Assembly: GCA_951406725.2 (NCBI GenBank)
Contig: OX597830.1
Location: 34,100,001-34,164,000 of the forward strand
Direction: 5' to 3'
Origin: Octopus vulgaris
Taxonomy: Eukaryota
DNA length: 64,000 bases
The notes beneath the pieces are model-generated. The model was not told the origin of the DNA. It saw nothing but the letters and a program-made list of their open reading frames with translations, and searched no databases. The translations under genes were made by a program, and so were the position numbers. Below are positions 53,424 to 64,000 of the stretch, in pieces; the stretch's first letter is position 1, and each line of letters opens with the position of its first letter.

Positions 53424-54789
53424 TAAACATGCGCTGTTTCTTTATATATATATATATATATATTTTTCAAGGGAATTTCTCCTATCATTTTAAGATGTAC
53501 ACGTCGCATCTCAAAGATGCATTTGTGCGGAAAATATAGTGCTGTGTTGGATTAATGCAGGTAGAACTAATGTATCAGTAGAAAATGCAAGTGGCTCTTT
53601 GCAAATACTAAATGGTATTTCAAATGAGCATTTATGCGGAAAATGTTGGCAAGTGGAGGGAGGGGGAAATGGAATGAAGCTGCGAATATTTTAGGTTCAT
53701 AAACTTTTAATCTGGACCTTTTAGAAATGTACCATATGGAGGTATTATTCTAAGGATGTGATGAACTATTGTAGTTTTTAATAAAAGAAAATTTTACAGC
53801 AAATTTATTTCGAATTTTTTAAATTCGTATTTTATACGTTTCATTGCTAAGACTTTTTCAGTTATATTCGTTTTATTTTCTCACATAGTTTTTAATTTCT
53901 GGCGATATATATATATATATGTATATATATATATGTATATATATGTATATATATATGTGTGTGTATGTGTGTGTTTGTGTGTGTGTGTACAAGTATATAT
54001 GTACATGTGTATATATATATATATACACACATATACATATATATACACGAACACATGTACACATATGCATACACACATATATATTTATGTGTGTGTGTGT
54101 GTACAACACTGTATGTGTGTACTTGATTATATAGGTTATATATGTATATGTAGGAATATGTAAATGTGTTTATACACAGATATTTATGTACAATAAATGT
54201 AAAATAATGATACATATGAACATAGAACAGTGTTAACTGTAATTTTTATCATGAAGAAACCTCCCTTACAAACAGCTTACTCAAAGCGATGTCAACGAAC
54301 AATCAGTCACCAGTGTTTCAACTTACTTTTGCCTCCTCACTGTCAGACACCTCCGATCATTCTAAGCTAAGTTCAAACTTTTGTTCCAGAACAGAAATCA
54401 ACAAGGAACACATTTCCTGATTTATGTGGAAGCTGGCTAGACTTAAATTTAATCAATTTATTTATTTGGAACAAAATAAGATTAAAATGATGAAATAATA
54501 TAAAATTCCTCTTTTTTTTGTTTTAAATAATCTCAGAATCCAATGAGCCAGTTGCACATTGTTGCAATTTTAGTAATATGCACAGAAAATGAAGCTTTAT
54601 TTTTTATGGATTCTCAGGTCACACACCAACAGAGACTCTGAGATTGCAACAATTCTTGGTTTTGTGTATTCTGACTATAATCTTCTTGAGGGCCAATAGT
54701 AGAGTGCTTATAAATTTTTTAGCATTGAATAACGTAGTTTTTTCAGCCACTTCAGTATTACTTTCAGGTCTTTCTCTACTTTTGAGTCC

Positions 54790-55075
54790 TTGATTTGTGA
54801 TAATCTTGTATTGTCTTCATAGCTGGTGAGAGTGGTTGACCATATAATCGAGGGCATTGTCTGAGACAGCAAACATGAACAGAAGCGGTCCTAGCACAGT
54901 TCTATGGAGGACTCCACTTAAAATTTATATCTCATATAGTGCACCATTACCTGCAAGTGCCTGATTCCAACCTTTTAATAAAAATTCATGGAGTCTTACC
55001 CTTAGTTTTCCAGTGATGCCAAGGTCACACAGTTTGTCACACATCAATGTTGTCAAAGGCTTTGGGAAAGCTGAG
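54790..55075 (-). pseudogene. CR1/L2-group LINE reverse-transcriptase fragment
   Basis: Minus peptides LSFPKAFD, CDKLCDLGITGKL, SGVLHRTVLGPLLF and TSYEDNTRL correspond to the DFxKAFD, SGVPQGxVLGPLLF and YADD motifs, frameshifted. Confidence 0.8.
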
Positions 55076-55247
55076 TTATGTGTTTTTCGGTAGTTTTCGA
55101 AATATTATATTTTTCAGTGAAGGTATGCTTCTAGTGTTAGCATCTTATAGTACAGAACCTGCAAGATATAACCACATGATTACTGCTGCCCATGCCGTGC
55201 CGATGCAAAAAAAAAAAAAAAAATTTTGAGTCACATACATACACACA

Positions 55248-55464
55248 CGAAGGGGTGCTGAAAATTTCTTGGCTTTAGGTTAAAAAAAAATGCAGGAGGA
55301 TTACTTAATTATTAATTATTTAACATATTGCCCTCTCAGATTCACACCCTATTTACAGTGGTCCTTCAGCTTTTCTAAGCCCTGTGAAAGAAGTCAAAAG
55401 TTTGGGCATCCATCCAGACCTTTTGTGTTACCCTTAAAACCAGGAAGTTTTTGGCACCCCCTCA
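55248..55464. mobile_element. Tc1/mariner-type MITE
   Basis: ~30-bp imperfect TIR CGAAGGGGTGCTGAAAATTTCTTGGCTTTAGG / CCTTAAAACCAGGAAGTTTTTGGCACCCCCTCA, followed by TA. Confidence 0.75.
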
Positions 55465-55893
55465 TATATATATGTGACAGATTTCTGTGCAAGTCTGTTA
55501 TTAACAAAATTCACCCGTTCATGTTATCAAGCAAAAGGATTGAACATAAAACCACATAGTTGTGAAGTAAATTGCTTAACCATGTAGCCACTGTACTTAT
55601 GAATGTATACATACATGAATCTATGTAAGAAAATATAAATGTGTGAATATTATTAAGAATTGTTCTTGTTTCCAGTAAATAACGTTTCTATCGTCATTCT
55701 TCATTACTGCCATTATTTCTCTCTTTCTATGTTCCTGTTCCTCTCATTTCTTTCCCCACCCTAATCCTCTCACTTCGACTTCTTCTTAGTGAAAAACATT
55801 TTTTTTTTCATCAACTGAAATCATCGATTGTTATTAATAAACACACTCTTCTCACACCAATGCAATTGCACACAACAAAAACCAAATACAAAA

Positions 55894-55926
<33 letters not shown>

Positions 55927-56620
55927 TTATATCAAAAAAATATATGTTGTTACCAAATTCATTGTGTGACATGGAATTCCTCTAGAATGGTATTAAAGTA
56001 AAAATATAGAAACATTTACAATTCACACTTCATTGCCATATTTTGTTTCACCTAACACATTATTTTTTTCTCCAGCTCCCCCATTGCCTCTGCCACTAAC
56101 TTATCCTCTAAATGCTAATCCTCCCACCCTCTATGATCGTCACACTTTATCTCTCTCTCACATTTACAATGGCCTATCATTAATCCACTCTTTCATTCTT
56201 AGTTCCTCTTTCCCTCTTTATTATCCTTATATTGAGTTCATTCTCTTTCCATTGAACTTGTTGAATTCTTTCTAGCTATTTACATCTCTTGTCTCAGATC
56301 CATTATTGCCTTCACCTCCAACTATTTCCATATTTGTTTGCCTCCTTCAATCTTTGTCAGTCTCTCTCTCCCCTCTCTCTCTCTCTCCCTTTGGTCTTTG
56401 CTCATTTTTGCTACATACACACATACATATATATGTTTGCATATATATATACATATATATATAATTGCATGTGTATGTGTGTATATGTTTACACTAAAAC
56501 ACAAACACACACATACTTAGAAATATATTTACACGCCAAGCACCAAAATATACCTATAAATGTATACATGTGTTATGTTTGTTGAGGCCTTTTAGATTTT
56601 CACATTATATATATATACAT

Positions 56621-56652
<32 letters not shown>

Positions 56653-56744
56653 GTATATGCATTTATTCATTCATATGTATATTAATAGATGCATATTAGA
56701 ACACACACATGTATATGAATATACACACACACATGTATATGAAT

Positions 56745-56803
<59 letters not shown>

Positions 56804-57419
56804 TATCGGTGTGCTTATTTTTTCTATATGGGTAATTATTTGCATGCATAGTCACATATAAATATAAATACATATGAATATGATGGTCTACACATAAATA
56901 AATCTAACTCTAAAAAATATGCACAAACATGGAAGTCTATAGATGATGACTTTTTTACATACACATTTATTTTGTAACTCATACCTACACTCACACAAAC
57001 ACACACACACACACACATTTACATACAGAAGTTTATCTGTATATGGATATGTTCGCTTCTTATATTTTCCACCCTTATATACTTATTGTTCAAGAAATAG
57101 AGGCATTTATTGTATTAATGCTTAATTTTTTTTTATTTTTGTTGATTATTCCTGATTTATTTATTTTATCATATTTAATTTTTTTTATGTTATGTTGTTT
57201 ATGATTTTGATTATAATTTCCTATTTTACTTTTGTTTTCATTGTTCACAATGTTCAATGGGTGAGAGAGAGATGTTACATATGTGTGTGTATGTGTGTTT
57301 GTATCGATGTAGATATATGTATGCACATATGTATATATGTAAATATGTGTGTGTGTATATATGTATATATGTATGTGTGCGTGTTTGTATCAATTTATAT
57401 ATCTAAAGGCACATATGTA

Positions 57420-57461
<42 letters not shown>

Positions 57462-57464
57462 ATG

Positions 57465-57519
<55 letters not shown>

Positions 57520-57690
57520 GTGTGTGTGTGTGTGTGTATGTATATATGTGTGTATGTATACATATCTAACATCCCTAGATACGTGCATGAGTGTGTCTGT
57601 GTATGTGTGTGCATATATCTATCTATCTCTCTCTCTATATATATATATATATGTGTATATATATATATACACACACACATATATATGTAT

Positions 57691-57742
<52 letters not shown>

Positions 57743-58027
57743 GTATGTATTTGCATATATGTATACCTGACTGCTCACATACACTCAGAGGGAGAAAGAG
57801 CATTAGCGAGAAAGCAAAAAATAGTAGAAATAAAAATAAACCAGGCAGAATAGTGTATGTGTATACATACATACATACATTTATATACATGCTTTACTAG
57901 GTATCCCTACCAGTGAAAAAAGAAAATTATACTTGAATTTATTCCCAATATTAATTTCATTTCATATCATGTTATTCCTGTGAAACCAGCAACTGTATAA
58001 GAGCTGTTCTTTGTTTAATTTTCCATA

Positions 58028-58088
<61 letters not shown>

Positions 58089-58099
58089 ATCATTGTTAA

Positions 58100-58154
<55 letters not shown>

Positions 58155-58572
58155 ATTATTTCATGAGGTTGGGGGAAAAGAATTTTCTTGGTTTCACTGT
58201 CTTGATAGAAAAAATAAAAGAAATTTCTGCTTGCATGCTAATGATTTTGTCTAAGAAATGTCCTTCACTCTTAAAACACAACACACTCTCACACATATGC
58301 ATGCTGTCATATATACAAAAAAAAAAAAACACGTTCGCTCATGCATACTCACGCATATACCAATACACACTCATTCGCACATGCCAAAAGCTTGGTTTGA
58401 CAATATTCAACAGAAATGTCATCCTTGTAATATCCATAAACCTGGATTACCTGTTCTTGGTGGGTTTTTTTTGTAATTTTTCTTTTGTTTCATCCATTTC
58501 TTACTTTTTTTTTGTTACTTCTGCCATAAAAATACACTTTGGGCATTGAAGTTTTTATATTTTTATTGTCAC

Positions 58573-58611
<39 letters not shown>

Positions 58612-58652
58612 ATTCATTTATACATTAATATCGTTAATATGTATTTATATAC

Positions 58653-58695
<43 letters not shown>

Positions 58696-58813
58696 TATAA
58701 ATGTATATATACATATATATAAATGTATATATATATGTGTGTGTATATATATATATATATAAAGTTAATCCAAACAAGAAAACAGAAAAGACAACAATGC
58801 GAGGATGTGGAAC

Positions 58814-58921
<108 letters not shown>

Positions 58922-59117
58922 CATTTTCACTTGCTGGATTAGCAAAATCAGTAGAGGAGGGGACAAATACGTTATTGTGTTGGGTTACTTCTTTAATACT
59001 GAGTTCAAACCCTGCCCGGGGCAATTTTGCCTTTCTTTCTTTCTTGCTTTCTTTTCTCCATATCTGAATAAGATTTGTAACACAAACAATGCACTGCAGC
59101 CAATATCCTTATCTTTT

Positions 59118-59930
59118 GGTTGAGCTTGCTCAGATATTTCTAACCCACACATGCCATCCATCTCGGTCCAGCATTTGTTGGGGGAGGTCATCGGGGAGAC
59201 ATCCAGTGTGTCTGGTGAGTTGATTGATATATACATTGTATTTGAATGACCAGCTCAAGTATGGCCATGCTGTGGCATCTATAGCAGTAAGCCACTCGGC
59301 AGCTCTTCTTTAGCTTGCCAGCAATGTATCACAAAATGCAAGCACCTTTCACTCATAATACTCTTTAATTTCTCTTTTACTTGTTTCAGTCATGTGACTG
59401 TGGCCATGCTGGAGGACTGCCTTTTAGTTGAGCAAATTGACCCCAGGGCTTATTCTTTGTAAGCCTAGTACTTATTCTATCGGTCTCTTTTGTCGAACCG
59501 CTAAGTTACAGGGATGTAAACACACCACCATCGGTTATTAAGCAATGTTGGGGGGACAAATACAGACACACACATAAATATACATATATATGACGGGCTT
59601 CTTTCAGTTTCCGTCTACCAAATCCACTTACAAGGCATTGGTCAGTTCGAGGTTATAGTAGAAGACACTTGCCCAAGGTGCCATGTAGTGGGACTGAACC
59701 TGAAACTATGTGGCTGGTAAGCAAGCTACTTACCACACAGCCACCCCTGGAAACCTGCAGAAGAGCTCTATACAGCTGTTTCTTGGTGGGATGTCTTCTC
59801 CAAAATATGTTTAAGGCTGCTCTTAGCATTCAGGTGTAAGTTCCATCTAGCTTGGACTCCAGTTTCTTGGTAAGCATCCAGGTTGTTGCTCCATATAAAA
59901 GGACTGATTCTATTGTTACAAGGAGCCAAT
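59118..59930 (-). pseudogene. RTE-clade LINE 3' ORF fragment (second family), split by a SINE
   Basis: TIESVLLYGATTWMLTKKLESKLDGTYT*MLRAALNIFWRRHPTKKQLY ... YINQLTRHTGCLPDDLPQQMLDRDGWHVWVRNI. Confidence 0.85.
59369..59749 (-). mobile_element. SINE family B, full length, inside the RTE fragment
   Basis: CTTTTACTTGTTTCAGTCA...GACACTTGCCCAAGG..GGGACTGAACC..TTACCACACAGCC. Confidence 0.92.
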
Positions 59931-60454
59931 AAAACTGATTCAAATATTCTTGGAAGTGTTGCACTTGCATGACCATGGTCAAATAACTGAATAAATCAAA
60001 ATGTATATATATGTATGTATAAATGCATATATATGCAGGTATACATACATTAAATATGGTGTTGCTTGTGTGCAACCTTCAGTGAAAAAATTTCTGGTTA
60101 TCAATCTGTTCCTGTTCGAAGGACTTAGGAGAATATTGTTTTGCATGGAAACAAGTTGTAGTTGGTGACAGGAAGAGCATTTAGCTGTACAAAATTTTCC
60201 TCATTGAATTTTGTTTTAGCCAAGCAAACATAGAAAAGTAGACATAAAAGGTGGCTGCTGCTGCTGCTTCTGATGATGATGATCGTGTGTGTGTGTGTGT
60301 CAAAATATATATGAAGTAAATACAACGTGCTTTGCCCTGTTTCTACAAAATTTATTTATAAAGTATAGGTCTGCTTGAGTTTATATTTGAAAGCTTTGGT
60401 ATGAGCTACTACAAAATGGGACTGAATATGAAACCATATGGTAAAGATGTTAGG

Positions 60455-60886
60455 CAGGGAGCTGGCAGAAACATTAGCAAGCCAAGTGAAACACCTAGTG
60501 GTATTTCATCTGTCTTTACATTCTGAGTTCAAGTACCGTCAAGGTTGACTTTGGCTTTTATCCGTTTGGTGCCAATAGAGTACCAATTGCATACTGGGGT
60601 CAATCTAATCGACTGGCCCCCTCCCCCAAAAATTTCGGGCCTTGTGCCTAGAGTAGAAAAAATTATTACTAAAGGCAGCGAGCTGGCAGAAATGTTAGCA
60701 CACTGGGCAAAGCACTTAGCGGTATTTCTTCTGTTTTTATGTTCTGAGTTCAAATACCACCAAGATCGACTTTGCCTTTCACCACTTGTGGTCGATAAAT
60801 TAAGTACCAGTTGCTTACAGGGGTCAATCTAATTGACTGGCCCCCTTCACAAAAATGTTGGGCCTTGTGCCTAGAGTAGAAAAGAA
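60455..60886 (+). mobile_element. SINE family A tandem dimer
   Basis: Two GAGCTGGCAGAAA...CCTAGAGTAGAAAA units head to tail. Confidence 0.9.
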
Positions 60887-61851
60887 TATGGTTAAGTCAT
60901 GAACAGTTATGGCAGTGTGGTTAACTTCTTAACTACACAGCCATAACTGAACCTCCATCTCTGTCTGTCTCTCTATCTCTATCTCCTTCTTTCTCTCTCT
61001 CTCTCCTTCTTTCTCCCTTTCTCTCTCTCTCTTAATGTTTCATCGTGCTCTATCTGTTTGCCTATCTAGCTAGCTATATCTCTCACTCTATATCTCTGTC
61101 TCTTTAGCTGTTTTTCTGTCTAACCATCCATCCATCTTTCTGTCTACCTCTCTCTGCATCTATCTCTATCTGTCTGTCTCCCTCTGTCTATCTATCCATC
61201 CACCCATCCATCGATTCATACATCCATCTATCCACCTACCTACCTACCTCTCTATCACTATCTAACTATCTATCTATCTATCTTCCTATCTACCTACCTA
61301 TCTACCTATCTACCTATCTATCTATCTATCCATCTATCTACTTATCTTTCTATCTATCTACCTATCTACCTATCTACCTATCTATCTCTCTATCTATCTA
61401 TCTATCTCTCAATCTATCTATCTACCTACCTACCTGTCTATCTAATCAATCTATCTATCTAATCGTATAAGGTGGTACTTTTAGTATTGTAATACTTTAT
61501 TAGATATAATTTATAATCTCCTTGTAATTATATTACTGCATCTTTGTTGCTCATGTGGCAAATAACAGTCATAAATAATAATATTGAAAACTTTAATTCA
61601 TAATTATAATAATCGATATCATCATCATCATCAATGATCATTATTATTATTATTTTCTCTTTATCACATGTCTATCATCATCATCATCATCATCATCATT
61701 ATTATTATTATTATTACCATTATTGTTATTATGATTATTATTTTAATTGTAAAGCAAAAGATGCCAAGGGAAATCGAACCTTAAATAGCTTTCCTAAAAG
61801 TTCAGATATCGACAATAAAACGATGGCAGCGTAAACTATGCAGTTATGACA

Positions 61852-61887
<36 letters not shown>

Positions 61888-62822
61888 TTGAGGATGAGGT
61901 TAATGTATTAATTTAAAAATATAAGCAAGCTAAAGTGTACATAGATATAGGTGCAATTACAGATGATGATGATGGTGGTGGGAGGCGTTGGATGGGGGCA
62001 GATGGTGATGTGGGGGGGGCATGGGATGGGGGCAGATGGTGGTGGTGGTGGTGGTGGTGGTGGTGGTGGTGATGTTGGTGTCAGAGGAAATAAATATAAG
62101 TTGTTGTTAATGGTTTTGAACATTTTTCCTCTCAAGGTTTTGGATAATCATTTTTGAAAGAATAAATAATAACCAAAATACATTTTGATTTGTGTGTGGG
62201 TGAAGGGGTGGGGTGAGCGAGGCATACTGTATTGTGTGTATGTGTGTATGTGTATATGTGTATGTGTGTGTGTGTGCATAGAGAAGGGGAAAATGATAGA
62301 AGGAAACGTGTGTTGTTACATATATATCTGTGTGTGTTTATAACCGTGTGTATATATACATATACATATACATGTATATGTAAATTTGTACTTATAACTA
62401 TGAATGTGTATATATATATATATATATATGCATGCATGCATGTATGTATATATGCTGGTGAGTATAAGGTGCATATGTATGTATTAATATGCGTATTTAT
62501 GCAGGAAATTGGCCTATTTATTAGAGCATATGGTTGAATGTTTTGATTGATTTGTTTTGTCACTCTGTACTTCAAGTTCAAATCTCACTGAAGTCAACAT
62601 CATGTTTCACCCTTTGCTGCTCCCCTATTTAACAGTTCAGATGGGTAGATTGGCAAAATTTTTAAGGCATTGAGCAAAATGTCTATCCTTTTCAATATGT
62701 CAGTTGCATTTTCGTGCGTTCTATGTTCAAATCTTGCCTCATGCCACTGGAAATTGTCATGACTGGATAGAATGCTTTCAAGACAGGTGTGCTTGATTGA
62801 TACTTACAATGTACATCCATAA

Positions 62823-63110
62823 ACATCATCATCATCACCATCATTATTTTCATCATCATTTAATCTCCATTTTCCTCGCCGGCATGGGTTAGATGGTTCA
62901 AGCAGACTTGGCTAGTTGATGAGCTGAACCAGCTTCTGGTCGTATTTAGCTTAGTTTCTATAGTTGGATGCCCTTCCTAATGCCAACCACTTGACAGTTT
63001 GTGCTGGATGCTTTTTATGTGGGCCGGAATGGGTGCTTTTTAGATGGTACCATCACCAGCGCTCTTCATGTGACCTGGCATGATTGCCTTTTACATGGTA
63101 CAAGCACAAA
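62823..63110 (-). mobile_element. Family D element, diverged
   Basis: (CAT)n..GGCATGGGTT..GGATGCCCTTCCTAATGCCAACCAC. Confidence 0.75.
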
Positions 63111-63147
63111 TTGCATGACAGATTAAATATATACATATTCGTTCATT

Positions 63148-63305
63148 GGCATGGCTGTGTGCTTCAGAAATTTGCTTCCCAGTTAAGTGCTTCTGGGTTC
63201 AGTCCCACTGCATGGCACCTTGGGTAAGTGACTTCTACTATACTCTTGAGCAGACCAAAGCCTTGTGAATGGATCTGGTCGATGGAAACAGGAAGAAGCC
63301 CATCG

Positions 63306-63340
<35 letters not shown>

Positions 63341-63373
63341 ACATCCTCTTCCAAGTAAATTTCATCCATCCAT

Positions 63374-63429
<56 letters not shown>

Positions 63430-63640
63430 GTGTGTGTATGTTTGTACCTCCAGCATCACTTGACAACCGATACTGGTACATTTATGTCCCCGTAACTTAG
63501 TGGTTTGGCAAAAGAGACCAATTAAATAATTGCTAGTCTTACAAAGAATTAGCCCTGGGGGTTGATTTGTTCGACTAAAGGCGGTGCTCCAGCATGGCTG
63601 CAGTTAAATGACTGAAACAAGTAAAAGAATAAAAGAATAA
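63148..63640 (+). mobile_element. SINE family B with expanded internal microsatellite
   Basis: GGGTTCAGTCCCAC..CCTTGGGTAAGTG..TAAAGGCGGTGCTCCAGCATGG..GTAAAAGAATAAAAG. Confidence 0.9.
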
Positions 63641-64000
63641 TAACCATTGATGAACCAAAGCTTTGTGAGAGAAGAACTTGATGCTACTTCTGTGAAGTGC
63701 TGCAACATGCAAATTACATCAGCAAATGCAAAAAAACAAAAGATTGGAATCAATGATTTCTGGATACTAACAAATGATTAGCAAACACCACTACCACCAC
63801 CACCACCATCATAATCACAACAACAACACCTCAGTGCTGGTAGTAATGATATATTAGCATTTATTATTATGTCACAGGCTGTAGCAGTTTCAAAGTTGCA
63901 CCTAGACCTTACTTATAACGACACAGGCCAGTGGTTTTAATGAGAAAGCTCAGATCAGTGTTGGATGTATTGAAACTGCTAAAAGGCATAGGCTGGAGGA

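Noticed and set aside
54255-54435. Possible minus-strand exon ending at AAA|GTAAGT
   Set aside because: No convincing acceptor or recognisable open frame
59768-59785. GAAACAGCTGTA hammerhead half-site on the minus strand
   Set aside because: Lies in RTE coding sequence (KKQLY) with no upstream core or stem I

Overview
AT-rich, microsatellite-saturated animal genomic DNA. The repeat content (dense (TA)n/(CA)n/(GATA)n/(AAT)n tracts, tRNA-derived SINEs resembling the octopus OK/OR types, RTE, CR1 and R4/Dong fragments) points to an octopus/coleoid cephalopod intron or intergenic region (inference). I can support no host protein-coding gene; the supplied ORFs are essentially microsatellite or SINE read-throughs. 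The window holds three abundant SINE families plus CORE-bearing variants, decayed LINE fragments, piggyBac- and mariner-type MITEs, Helentron/HINE-like elements and a probable Helitron. The most interesting signal is about a dozen type I hammerhead ribozyme (HHR) motifs, many in inverted Penelope pseudo-LTR-like pairs. Several have the compensatory U3:A8 core (UUGAnAA instead of CUGAnGA) and very long stem II inserts. One apparently intact U3:A8 hammerhead (40644-40704) heads a roughly 230-nt GC-rich structured island. All calls are by eye, and element boundaries are approximate unless a TSD or TIR is quoted.
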